Shown piece after piece: positions 1-8,524 of a DNA stretch of 46,706 nucleotides. Both the position numbers and the translations under genes were made by a program. The notes under the pieces are model-generated. The model worked only from the letters and a program-made list of their open reading frames with translations. It ran no database searches and was not told the DNA's origin. The stretch's first letter is position 1. Each line of letters starts with the position of its first letter. Source of the DNA: a virus; the IMG/VR virus record IMGVR_UViG_3300033153_004756, positions 1 through 46,706 of that record, one strand, 5' to 3'.

Positions 1-113
1 ATCACCGATGGCCACAGCTATGTCTTGTAATTCAGGCATATCACCGATGGCCACAGCTATGTCTTGTAATTCAGGCATATCACCGATGGCCACAGCTATG
101 TCTTGTAATTCAG
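1..113. repeat. 39-bp tandem repeat (about 2.9 copies) inside the tape measure gene; identical copies at the other window end
   Basis: The unit is atcaccgatggccacagctatgtcttgtaattcaggcat, at 1-39 and 40-78, with a partial third copy. It encodes MPELQDIAVAIGD. Confidence 0.95.
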
Positions 114-1722
114 GTACTTCTGCAATGTTAACTTCCATAGCTTGTAGCTCAGGTATCACTTCACCTAAGTCTGTTAATATTACATTGGCTAAATCAAATC
201 CTTCAGGTATATTAGCGATCTTACCTGTGTCAGCGAAGCGTTCAATATTATCCTGACCAAGCACCGCATTCGATAAGTCCATTTCAGGCTTACCTTCTGT
301 GTTTATTTTAACTTTTATTTCTTCATCTTCAAATCCAAAGAAATCTTTAATGGTTTTTAATTTATCGGTGATTGGTTTTATAACATTGTTGTCAAATCCA
401 AAGAAATCTTTAATGATTTTTAATTTATCGGTGATTGGTTTTATAACATTGTTGTCAAAACTATTGGCGACATCATCCCATAAATCACTGAAAAATTTAG
501 CAATTGCAACACCTATTTCTTTAAAGGCAGTAACTAAATCTTTTTGAAGTTGTCGTATAGCTACTAATAGATCGCCAATAGGATCTTCAGCATTGAATAA
601 ATCAAATATTTGACCCCATCCATTAAATACCATGCCGACTAAATCAGCAACGGTGGCCATCGTAGCAGCGACAACAATGATCTGATTAGACCATTCAGGA
701 TATTTCTTTAACATGCTCCCTATGAAACTTTCCCCACCTTCAAAGAACACCTTAGCGTCTTCGGCAAGTAAACCAATGGCGGTAATAATTGTTCCAATTA
801 ATATAGGCAATGCGGCTATGGCAAGATTGGCAAATACAGCTCTAGCGCCGAGGGTACTAAACAATGTTATCATTGTAACTAGTGCGGTTATTAATTTAAC
901 ACTTAAAAATCCCATGGCCGCTAAGGTTAGCAATTTAAATGCTAGAGTAATTTTATCTATGATTTTGGGTATGTTTTGTTCTATGACTTCTTTGTTAGTT
1001 TTCCACCATTCGGTCATTTTATTTGACGCGTCTTTCAGTACTGGTGCTAGTGATCTAGTAATAATTCTGGACAGTTGCTTTACTATTTGGAATATATCGG
1101 CTAGTGAGTCTTGGAACTGTTCAGATAGAAGTGCATCTTCTTTAGTAGTTACGCCAAATTCTTTAGCTTCGGCGGTTAGTTTCCTAATTCCTGTTGAGCC
1201 TTCCTGCAATAAAAGGATGGAATCTCTCAATCCAAGTTTATCAGCAAGTTCAATTTGTTCGGCTTTTGAAAATCTTTGAAGTCTGTCAGATACTTCTAGT
1301 AATACTTGGTCAGTTGCTTTTAGTTTACCATTGGTATCAGTAACGGATACACCAAGTATCCCAAATGCTTCTATTCCAGATCCCATGCCACGCGAGGTTT
1401 CTGATATACGAATAGCAAGGTTGTCTAAGCTACTGCCCATAGACTCACTCTGACCCCCCGCGCGTTTAAGGGCAAATTCTAATGCATCTATTTCTTCAAC
1501 TGAAACGCCTGTTTGCTTAGATAATTTGCCTTGCCTATCGGTGGCGGCTGTGGTGGCGGCTGTGAATCCAACTAATGCGGCTGTTCCTGCAACAACTATT
1601 TTTGCAAAAGTTTTAATCGTAGAGGTAACAGCACCGATATCATCGTTAAACTGCTCTAAGTCTTTAGGATCATATTCGAACCCTAAGCCAACTAAGAGTT
1701 CATCGATAACACCTAATGCCAT
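1..1722 (-). CDS. tail tape measure protein, N-terminal ~574 codons (partial; continues in frame across the window junction)
   Basis: My own minus-strand translation from the ATG at 1722-1720 (MALGVIDELLVGLGFEYDPKDLEQF...) stays open to position 1. It has a long coiled-coil/hydrophobic profile and internal 21-aa and 13-aa tandem repeats. It lies directly after the chaperone pair. The + strand track ORFs 8-1756 are antisense shadows. Confidence 0.8.
   Translation of the reverse strand, partial: MALGVIDELLVGLGFEYDPKDLEQFNDDIGAVTSTIKTFAKIVVAGTAALVGFTAATTAATDRQGKLSKQTGVSVEEIDALEFALKRAGGQSESMGSSLDNLAIRISETSRGMGSGIEAFGILGVSVTDTNGKLKATDQVLLEVSDRLQRFSKAEQIELADKLGLRDSILLLQEGSTGIRKLTAEAKEFGVTTKEDALLSEQFQDSLADIFQIVKQLSRIITRSLAPVLKDASNKMTEWWKTNKEVIEQNIPKIIDKITLAFKLLTLAAMGFLSVKLITALVTMITLFSTLGARAVFANLAIAALPILIGTIITAIGLLAEDAKVFFEGGESFIGSMLKKYPEWSNQIIVVAATMATVADLVGMVFNGWGQIFDLFNAEDPIGDLLVAIRQLQKDLVTAFKEIGVAIAKFFSDLWDDVANSFDNNVIKPITDKLKIIKDFFGFDNNVIKPITDKLKTIKDFFGFEDEEIKVKINTEGKPEMDLSNAVLGQDNIERFADTGKIANIPEGFDLANVILTDLGEVIPELQAMEVNIAEVPELQDIAVAIGDMPELQDIAVAIGDMPELQDIAVAIGD
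330..455. repeat. 63-bp tandem duplication inside the tape measure gene (62/63 identical)
   Basis: The units are 330-392 and 393-455. Each encodes FDNNVIKPITDKLK(I/T)IKDFFG. Confidence 0.9.
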
Positions 1723-1723
1723 T

Positions 1724-2349
1724 TTATTTTCCTTTTCGCGGTTTGGGTTTCAATGATTGTTTTAAGTCTAACAATTCATTCATAATTAATACATCTTCAA
1801 TTGAGTATGTACCATCTTCCAATTCCTTGAGTGAACACATTGGGGGATCAGCTAATAGAGGCCGATGCACCCAAGGGTCAACATTCGGGAATTTGCTAAA
1901 ATCTACAGGGTCGCCTCCGCTTTGGCAAGAAGTTCTTGTGCCTTCTTGCCTTTGAAAAAACCCGCGTAATTTGTCCTCAACACAAAAATGAATACTTTGT
2001 ACATATCAGCTAAATCATCCCCACCAAAAGCTTGTTCAAAGGTTGTTTTAGTTAGAATGACTAGCTTGCCTTCTTCATTGGCTCTAGCAACTGTGCCGGA
2101 TGTTACCATCTCAACTAGTAAGTCGATAAGTTCATCAGGAGTTGCGTGTTTAAATAATTTGTCCACAGCTTCGGCCAATGCCTTGACCTGATCATCTGTT
2201 TTACCGGACATAGCAGGGACTATCGCCGCTAACGATGCACCAAAAGCTTTGATGACTTTTAATTTATACTTAGCACCAATGATCGCTGAGTACTGTCTGC
2301 ATGAATATTCTATTTCATTTATGGTTGTTGTTTCTGTTTTACAAGCCAC
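1724..2349 (-). CDS. tail assembly chaperone, -1 frameshift fusion product (gpGT-like)
   Basis: After a -1 slip on G_GGT_TTT the frame stays open for about 78 codons (GFFQRQEGTRTSCQSGGDPVDFSKFPNVDPWVHRPLLADPPMCSLKELEDGTYSIEDVLIMNELLDLKQSLKPKPRKGK). It stops at the TAA at 1726-1724, one nt before the tape measure ATG. Confidence 0.6.
1903..2349 (-). CDS. tail assembly chaperone (gpG-like, zero-frame product)
   Basis: It sits between the tube and tape measure genes. The likely start is the GTG at 2349-2347, preceded by GGGAGA with a 6-nt spacer. The ATG at 2424 in the track lies inside the loop of the upstream terminator hairpin. The product ends ...YAGFFKGKKAQELLAKAEATL. Confidence 0.65.
   Translation of the reverse strand: MACKTETTTINEIEYSCRQYSAIIGAKYKLKVIKAFGASLAAIVPAMSGKTDDQVKALAEAVDKLFKHATPDELIDLLVEMVTSGTVARANEEGKLVILTKTTFEQAFGGDDLADMYKVFIFVLRTNYAGFFKGKKAQELLAKAEATL
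1957..1963 (-). other. -1 programmed ribosomal frameshift slippery heptamer G_GGT_TTT
   Basis: The + strand reads aaaaccc at 1957-1963, which is GGGTTTT on the coding strand. In the zero frame this reads gcG GGT TTT ttc and fits X_XXY_YYZ. It lies 18 codons before the zero-frame stop. Confidence 0.6.
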
Positions 2350-2357
2350 TTTATTTC

Positions 2358-2384
2358 TCCCGACAAGATAATCCCGACAAGATA
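2358..2384. repeat. direct repeat tcccgacaagata x2 (14-bp period) between the terminator hairpin and the chaperone start
   Basis: The copies are 2358-2370 and 2372-2384. The minus-strand core TTGTCGG also occurs in the hairpin arm. Confidence 0.8.
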
Positions 2385-2448
2385 AAAAGGGGGTTTTGTC
2401 GTAACAAACGATGCCGGGAACCATTAGTTACTAAGCCGACAAAACCCC
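2384..2448 (-). terminator. terminator/attenuator-like hairpin after the tube gene
   Basis: The minus strand reads GGGGTTTTGTCG-(35-nt loop)-CGACAAAACCCC followed by cTTTTT. The stem is a perfect 12 bp, but the loop is unusually long. Confidence 0.45.
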
Positions 2449-2455
2449 TAAGTTG

Positions 2456-2875
2456 TTATGATTCGCCGTGAAGCAAATCCAACCGTTCAACCACAACTTT
2501 CCATTCTTGTGATTGAGCGTTAACACCACGTTTCATTCCTGCAGGCTTAGTAATATAGCCTTGCGTTCCTGACGCTAGATCATTTCCTCTAGTATCTTTA
2601 AATTGAGCAAAAATTGGCACAAAAGCACCATTTTCTTGAGCTGCAATTAAACCAGATAAATAGACATTAGAAGCCGATCCTTGTTGTAATCTAAAAGTTA
2701 ACTCACCAGAGCGATCAGCACTGAGCGAAACAGTCATTTCACCCATTGCACCGATCACATGAGCGGCTGAATCTCCAAGTCGTTGCATGTCAATGACATC
2801 GTCACCTTCATCCCAACCTGATAAATCTACACCGTTGATGAGAAAAACTGTATCTAAAAAACTATAAACTTTCAT
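2456..2875 (-). CDS. tail tube protein (DUF3277-like)
   Basis: A 139-aa ORF immediately downstream of the sheath gene and upstream of the chaperone/tape measure genes. The sequence style (..GEMTVSLSADRSGELTFRLQQGS..) resembles the DUF3277 tube family that pairs with DUF3383 sheaths. Confidence 0.6.
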   Translation of the reverse strand: MKVYSFLDTVFLINGVDLSGWDEGDDVIDMQRLGDSAAHVIGAMGEMTVSLSADRSGELTFRLQQGSASNVYLSGLIAAQENGAFVPIFAQFKDTRGNDLASGTQGYITKPAGMKRGVNAQSQEWKVVVERLDLLHGES

Positions 2876-2886
2876 GTGCTTTTCTC

Positions 2887-4371
2887 CTATCGCTCAAACA
2901 CGCCTTGGATTTGAACGCCATGGATAGCACCCGCCCCAAGACCAACAAAGCTAAGACCATTGTATTGACGATTCTGTTTTTCACTAGCAGAAACATCCGC
3001 TACTGGAATAGTTATCGTCTTATACCCGTTTGGCAAGAATTCACCATCAACCGTAGTTCCCGGAGCAAGTAAGCCATTGCGAACTGCTTCATCCATAATC
3101 TTGATTAATTGCTGTTCTAATGCCGCTACACCTTGATCAGTATATGGAACTTTAGTTGCACGAGACAACAAGTAACCATAAACTTCAATTTGGATAGCAT
3201 CCGTTAACCAATCCACGCCATGGATTTCATCAAAGAAGAAATCACTAGCCATGTATGATTCAGCGTAGATCTTAGTTTCACCTACTTCAAAGAATGCGTT
3301 ACCGCGCTTACTATCAAGCACCGCTTTCTCGTCGGTATTAAGTGTCTCAACAGTGATTCCAGGAAGTTGTTTGAACTTCAAAGTAAGTGTTGAATTCGGT
3401 TGACTGAATTGAACAGTAAATGCTCTACCTGCAATCGCTGCGCTTGGATATTCAGCGATTGTAGAACTGAATGTAGACATCGTACGAGTCATCGTCGCCG
3501 CATCTAAAAGGCTGACAATATCGGTAGTGGTAACACTATCAAGAACATCAAGATCATTCGATGTATTGAAAAAGGTCTTAACTCGCGCTTGTGTCCAAGC
3601 GGCAGCCGCCATAACAGCATCTTCAGTGTTAACAACTGCAAGATCACGAACTTCTTTAGTGAATATTAGTCCGTACCAATCGTCATTCTTTTGATTGATC
3701 GCATCTAACGCCTCAGTAATAGTTTCAGCATCAAGACCATTAGTTTTAGTGCCTTTACCTTGTTCCATTTCTAACAACGTACTGATGTCAGTTCCAGAAG
3801 CAGGTGCTACAGTTGTTAAGAATGAAATAATCGATGTTGCCCCGACTGTTCCTGAACGAATGAAGAAACGACCATCTTCGTAAGTGACTGTTGATGTTGG
3901 GAATGGTAATGTAACAATCGCTTGCAATGCTGTTTGAATAGTTGCGGCAACATCAGCCATATTGGTATCTGAACTAAAGTCCATTGCAATAATATCTTCA
4001 GCACCACCGTCAATTGATATAGCAAAACTACCATCAGTTATCGCTACGAACAATGCTAGGTTTGCCGCATTGTCTACAACAGAACCACCACGTAATTCTG
4101 CAGCAACATCATTCTCAGCTCTTAACGATACCGCAAAATCTGTTGGTTTTGGCTGTTGGCTAAAGTAGGCGTTTGCCAATTTAACTACTTCAGTTCCAGC
4201 CCAATCAGCCGCAACCCCATCTGCATCAGAATAATATCTGATACGTTCTGCGAACCCGATAACACCGAGTTCAGCCGTTACACAATTGAGAATCCCAAAT
4301 CCCTTGCGAGAAGGGAAAGTAGCCCCAATTGTGATACCGACGTTTACAATACTACTAACTGGAATAGTCAT
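2887..4371 (-). CDS. contractile tail sheath protein (DUF3383-like)
   Basis: A 494-aa ORF positioned before the tube gene. Its size and composition are typical of sheath proteins of small myoviruses. Confidence 0.65.
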   Translation of the reverse strand: MTIPVSSIVNVGITIGATFPSRKGFGILNCVTAELGVIGFAERIRYYSDADGVAADWAGTEVVKLANAYFSQQPKPTDFAVSLRAENDVAAELRGGSVVDNAANLALFVAITDGSFAISIDGGAEDIIAMDFSSDTNMADVAATIQTALQAIVTLPFPTSTVTYEDGRFFIRSGTVGATSIISFLTTVAPASGTDISTLLEMEQGKGTKTNGLDAETITEALDAINQKNDDWYGLIFTKEVRDLAVVNTEDAVMAAAAWTQARVKTFFNTSNDLDVLDSVTTTDIVSLLDAATMTRTMSTFSSTIAEYPSAAIAGRAFTVQFSQPNSTLTLKFKQLPGITVETLNTDEKAVLDSKRGNAFFEVGETKIYAESYMASDFFFDEIHGVDWLTDAIQIEVYGYLLSRATKVPYTDQGVAALEQQLIKIMDEAVRNGLLAPGTTVDGEFLPNGYKTITIPVADVSASEKQNRQYNGLSFVGLGAGAIHGVQIQGVFER

Positions 4372-4376
4372 AAGTA

Positions 4377-4907
4377 TTAAACCTCTACAGTAACAGGGAT
4401 AATTTTCCCCCTAGTTTGAAATCCACCGTCCATGACAACATTTTCTATTGAAGTAATGATATCATTGTCAGTGCCAATTGCGCTCAACACTAAATCAAAT
4501 TGAGCGCGTTCTTCCCAACCGTTTTCCAGTTGTTCAGAAATATCGCGAACTTCTGATCTGGTCGCCAAACCTAAATCAGCGGCTCTTAATGTTTCCAAAA
4601 TTGAATTTCTAGTGAATCCTATTTTGGTGAGAGTAGCATTGTCGAACGCATTGTCTCTATAAAATTGTAAACTAAACATCACTTCTCGATAGCCTGTGCG
4701 ACGACTATCAATATCAGGATCAATAATTCTATCCGTCATCTTTAGTTCTTCAATACCAACAGAAGAACTAATCATAGTGTCAACCGATGCATAAGAAGTG
4801 GTAGGTCGTGGAGCGTTTTGTTTTGCTTTGATAGCGAAATTAGGAGATATTATTGCATTGACAATATCTCTAACAGCTTTATTTAATGTTTCTTCCACTA
4901 AAGTCAT
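4377..4907 (-). CDS. tail terminator / tail completion protein (putative)
   Basis: A 176-aa ORF directly upstream of the sheath gene. Called on synteny only. Confidence 0.4.
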   Translation of the reverse strand: MTLVEETLNKAVRDIVNAIISPNFAIKAKQNAPRPTTSYASVDTMISSSVGIEELKMTDRIIDPDIDSRRTGYREVMFSLQFYRDNAFDNATLTKIGFTRNSILETLRAADLGLATRSEVRDISEQLENGWEERAQFDLVLSAIGTDNDIITSIENVVMDGGFQTRGKIIPVTVEV

Positions 4908-5254
4908 TTTACTTTAGCCCCTATAGCGAAGAACCAACCATAATCTAGCCAATCCCCCGCATGGATCACTTTGTATCTCACACCACGATGGCTGATTTCA
5001 GTTGCACTTCTAGTGTCATCAGAGGTATATACCTCTTTATTAAGATAAAAAGTTTTTAAACTCTTTGTCCTTTCGCCACCTTCTAAAAAATTCATTTCTT
5101 CGGGCGTAGGCTTTTGTACACTCGCAATGGCTTTTGTGGATTTTTCTTTGCCATCCACAAAGACCCCATCCACATACCCCCCATTGATTCTATTAAATAA
5201 ACCAACTATCGTTCCTGTGTCCATGTCAATGGCTTCTGATACATTAATAGGCAT
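4904..5254 (-). CDS. head-tail joining (neck) protein (putative)
   Basis: A 116-aa ORF in the connector block, with 4-nt overlaps to both neighbours. Called on synteny only. Confidence 0.35.
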   Translation of the reverse strand: MPINVSEAIDMDTGTIVGLFNRINGGYVDGVFVDGKEKSTKAIASVQKPTPEEMNFLEGGERTKSLKTFYLNKEVYTSDDTRSATEISHRGVRYKVIHAGDWLDYGWFFAIGAKVK

Positions 5255-5709
5255 TAAGCATCAACCTGATGAGTGATTGATTGTCTTAGATGACCTGTAT
5301 CAATTAGAGGATTACCTTCTCTATATTTCAGTGCCGGATTGGAAAGTTCTGTCAAACGACCTTTAACATCGGCTTCAACTTTTAGAGCCAAGAGGGAAAG
5401 TGCCTTTTCAGAAGTCAAAGCGCCAGTAGCAATTTTAGCTCCCAATTTAGATAAATCTTTTTTATATTTACGTTTGTTATCTTGCATTGTGGATCGCAAA
5501 TAACTTCTTTCAGGGATATTACGTGACGGACTGCCAAATTCATGTACTGAACCGACCATTATAACACTAGTGCCATCAGGATACGCATTGCTATTTTTAG
5601 GCAAGCCTACTTTGATCTTTCCTTTACCACTCATCTGTTTGGTAATGGCTTCAATATTTTCAATTGCTTTAAGAGGAGATTTTTTAGTTTTGACTTTTTT
5701 GAATTTCAT
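5254..5709 (-). CDS. HK97 gp10-like head-tail connector protein
   Basis: The C-terminal motif NPLIDTGHLRQSITHQV resembles the DTGxLRxSI signature of the HK97 gp10 family. Its position in the connector block fits. Confidence 0.55.
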   Translation of the reverse strand: MKFKKVKTKKSPLKAIENIEAITKQMSGKGKIKVGLPKNSNAYPDGTSVIMVGSVHEFGSPSRNIPERSYLRSTMQDNKRKYKKDLSKLGAKIATGALTSEKALSLLALKVEADVKGRLTELSNPALKYREGNPLIDTGHLRQSITHQVDA

Positions 5710-5710
5710 A

Positions 5711-6094
5711 TCAATTGGCCGTCAATGCGCCGACAAAGCATGAATTACGAATAGCTAAGAATTGAATACCATATGTTGTTGTTGCTAACACTCCATCGGA
5801 ATCTGATCTGTCTTTAGCAACCACAGCTCTGGCAACACTCACGCCACCTGCTGTTTTATTTTGTATAGAACCACTAATGGCAGATGTATCTCCCGCTTCA
5901 GATTTAGTTCCGATAGTCAATAGATGAGCAACATAGTAAGCTTGTGCACGATCGTATCTACCGCACCAACGATTCTCATCAGAGCCAATATCTTCAATTG
6001 AATCACCAATAAATAATTGTATGCGATCATCACAATAAAGAGATTCGTCCTCATATTCCGGGAATCGTATTCTAAATTGATCTATGGTTATCAT
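5711..6094 (-). CDS. head completion adaptor (DUF4054-like)
   Basis: The N-terminus MITIDQFRIRFPEYED... and the 127-aa size resemble DUF4054 proteins found next to DUF2184 capsid genes. Confidence 0.5.
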   Translation of the reverse strand: MITIDQFRIRFPEYEDESLYCDDRIQLFIGDSIEDIGSDENRWCGRYDRAQAYYVAHLLTIGTKSEAGDTSAISGSIQNKTAGGVSVARAVVAKDRSDSDGVLATTTYGIQFLAIRNSCFVGALTAN

Positions 6095-6615
6095 TATTTA
6101 CTCGCCACTAATGCTACAATAACAGCTGATAAAATGCCTGCTATCCATTTAAAAATGTTTGTTCTAATTTCAGCCTTGCCTTTGCCGATATTACCAACTG
6201 TTTTAAGCCCTTCGACAATGTCTTTCAATTCTTTAATATCTTTATGTGTTTGTTTTTTAAATTCTTTAATATTTAATTCAATATGGCCTTCTAAATTTTG
6301 TATGTCATTTTTATGGGTATTTTTGAAACTATCCACATCTTCTTGCACATGCTTAACTAATCGGTCAATTGACTCTTTATGCGCCAAGTCTAGTTCCATT
6401 TCACGTTGACGATCCTTTATATTGTCAATGCTCTTTCCGAATCTGCGTATGGTTTCTCCATGGTTGCCGACTCGTTCCTTTAAAGTGATAAGTTCTTTAA
6501 GATCTTGCTCTATTAATGTTAGCCTCTCGGACATTCCATCTATAGCTTTTAATATTCTGACTTCCGGTAACTGATCCATATTAACTACTATACTCGATTT
6601 GTCGTTATTTGGCAT
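6094..6615 (-). CDS. coiled-coil protein with a C-terminal transmembrane anchor (XhlA-like architecture)
   Basis: A 173-aa product with heptad-rich, charged sequence throughout. It ends in the hydrophobic segment IFKWIAGILSAVIVALVASK. Confidence 0.45.
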   Translation of the reverse strand: MPNNDKSSIVVNMDQLPEVRILKAIDGMSERLTLIEQDLKELITLKERVGNHGETIRRFGKSIDNIKDRQREMELDLAHKESIDRLVKHVQEDVDSFKNTHKNDIQNLEGHIELNIKEFKKQTHKDIKELKDIVEGLKTVGNIGKGKAEIRTNIFKWIAGILSAVIVALVASK

Positions 6616-6666
6616 ACATTACTCTATTAATTTTTAAATAGATCACTAAACGATAATGATCTATTT

Positions 6667-6692
6667 AAAAAACCTTCCCTAATAAGGGAAGG
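6667..6692 (-). terminator. rho-independent terminator after the capsid operon
   Basis: The minus strand reads CCTTCCC-ttatta-GGGAAGG followed by TTTTTT. It lies 11 nt after the stop of 6703..6975. A second 10-bp hairpin follows at 6636-6666. Confidence 0.75.
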
Positions 6693-6702
6693 TGTAAAGG
6701 AA

Positions 6703-6975
6703 CTAGTCCTCATCTTTCTTCTTCGGAGTAGGATTTGAAGTTGATTTTGCTTTAACTTTAACTTCGCCTTCCATAGACTCTTCTAAAATTTTACCAAAAC
6801 CAATCTTATTTTCCTTCTTCAACAGCGCTACGTATTCATCATCTTTGAATTCAGCCCAATGATCACCGTTAACGTCGTTTAATCCGGGAACTAAACGAAC
6901 TGTGACACGATTACCATTTTTGCCGATACATTTCAAGTTATACGGACGAGCCGTTTTATTTATTACCCCAGCCAT
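6703..6975 (-). CDS. hypothetical protein (capsid-operon member)
   Basis: A 90-aa ORF between the major capsid gene and a strong terminator. It has a Lys/Glu-rich tail. Confidence 0.5.
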   Translation of the reverse strand: MAGVINKTARPYNLKCIGKNGNRVTVRLVPGLNDVNGDHWAEFKDDEYVALLKKENKIGFGKILEESMEGEVKVKAKSTSNPTPKKKDED

Positions 6976-6984
6976 AATAAACTC

Positions 6985-8025
6985 CTAGATACCTGTTGCT
7001 ATTGCTAAAGAAAGTGGGTAGTAAATGTTTAGACCTGCTAAACGTGAACGACCCGGAATGATAAATTCTAGATTTTTCTGTTGAACAGGAAGCATTTCTA
7101 GCTCAACAGGAATTTCAAGTTGCAATTTATCTGGATTACGATCATAAGCCACCATGGCATCAGTTGCCAATTCTGGATTATTTGCCGCCGCACACTCATT
7201 TACAGGAATAATATCATCGATACTTTTCAAGAAAGGACTGTTTGCCGCGATAAATTGAGCGATAGTAGTATCATTGTTGTCTGCTCTAGGCGTAGTCATG
7301 ATATATGACCATTGCGCGGGAGGCAACAAGAGTGTATTACCATTCTCGACCATATTAGTGGTTTCGAAAATGTCGTTGAATAAGTCGTTGATATCAAATA
7401 AAATTTGATCAGGAGTCTTATTAACGAATTCAGTACCTGAGCCTGGATTAACTACTGCGCCAGTTGGGATATTTGGATTATCAAACAACCCGCCCATACC
7501 AGATTCAGCATCGCCAAAGAACGCGACTTCATTAACCTTCTGTTCAATAGAACGACGGGCGGCGTTTGCGCGGCGTTGATCAAGTGAAGCACCAGTTAAT
7601 TGTGAAGATTGAATTTCATCAAGATTGTAACCATATGAAATACCGACAGAACGAACAGGAATTGAAGTCTCTTTACCAGAAACATCTGCACGAGGCAAAT
7701 CGTTTGCATAAGCATTGATAATTGCCGCAGTGCCAACCTGATCGTATGTGCGATATACGATAGAGGTGATACCTTTACCGCCTTCATTTGATACAGGGAA
7801 CAATTCGCGAGCTTTTAGATTCGGATATTGAACATCGTAACTTTTAGCTTTGATATGCTCTAATTGACGTTGAAAGAATGCACCGCCATCAGCATCTAGC
7901 CACGCATCATTAATAGCGGTGGCAATAGCACTGTCGATTGTGATTTTATCTGCGCCTTTAGTGACAGTTGCAATAGCACCGTCAAAAGTCATTACAGATC
8001 CATCACGTAGTTTGAAATTTCTCAT
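6985..8025 (-). CDS. major capsid protein (DUF2184-like, HK97 fold)
   Basis: A 346-aa product. The segment FFQRQLEHIKAKSYDVQYPNLKARELFPVS...NDLPRADVSG matches my recollection of the DUF2184 capsid family. Preceded by AACTTAGGGGATAAATT-ATG. Confidence 0.75.
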   Translation of the reverse strand: MRNFKLRDGSVMTFDGAIATVTKGADKITIDSAIATAINDAWLDADGGAFFQRQLEHIKAKSYDVQYPNLKARELFPVSNEGGKGITSIVYRTYDQVGTAAIINAYANDLPRADVSGKETSIPVRSVGISYGYNLDEIQSSQLTGASLDQRRANAARRSIEQKVNEVAFFGDAESGMGGLFDNPNIPTGAVVNPGSGTEFVNKTPDQILFDINDLFNDIFETTNMVENGNTLLLPPAQWSYIMTTPRADNNDTTIAQFIAANSPFLKSIDDIIPVNECAAANNPELATDAMVAYDRNPDKLQLEIPVELEMLPVQQKNLEFIIPGRSRLAGLNIYYPLSLAIATGI

Positions 8026-8035
8026 AATTTATCCC

Positions 8036-8524
8036 CTAAGTTCCGGCTGTGAATTTTTCAACATTCTTCACGCGAAGAATAGCTAATTCGCCTGCGGCGG
8101 CTACCGAATCCCAAAAACAGTCATCAAGACCAGTTTCACCTACACCCGATGGAACACCTGAATCAAGAATACCAGTAACTTCTGTGAAATTAACAGGATC
8201 TCCCGGATTGCAACCAGTAGGGCATTTTGCCCAAATATATCCATCACGCATGATGCCTGCGGTTTCTTTCTCACTGTATTTAACAGTAGAGTCGTTAATT
8301 GCGCCTTCACGACCTAAATCACGAATAGTGATGCCTAAGAAACCATTCGTGCCACCTAAGACAGCTTGCTTTTCTTTGTCTGTGCCGCGACTAACAACAA
8401 CAGCGAAAGCAACACCTGCAACACCTTCCACTGAACGTGAAATAATGTCGTGTGACGCTTGAGCAACGATCAAGCCTTCATATGCTTTAGGTTGATTAAT
8501 AGCGTATGTTAATTGAGCAGTCAT
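8036..8524 (-). CDS. head decoration / cement protein (putative)
   Basis: A 162-aa ORF between the scaffold/protease-like gene and the major capsid gene. This is the usual slot for a decoration protein in DUF2213-DUF2184 modules. Confidence 0.45.
   Translation of the reverse strand: MTAQLTYAINQPKAYEGLIVAQASHDIISRSVEGVAGVAFAVVVSRGTDKEKQAVLGGTNGFLGITIRDLGREGAINDSTVKYSEKETAGIMRDGYIWAKCPTGCNPGDPVNFTEVTGILDSGVPSGVGETGLDDCFWDSVAAAGELAILRVKNVEKFTAGT

Noticed and set aside
8-1756. Four + strand track ORFs (8..256, 299..547, 713..1279, 1526..1756) with low-complexity products.
   Set aside because: They lie antisense to one continuous minus-strand ORF (the tape measure) that has a coherent start, RBS context and synteny. 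Their repetitive products simply mirror the coding repeats.
8041-8050. A 10-nt match (ttccggctgt) to the start of the 38467 intergenic element.
   Set aside because: It lies inside the last codons of the decoration gene and similarity does not extend further, so it is probably chance.
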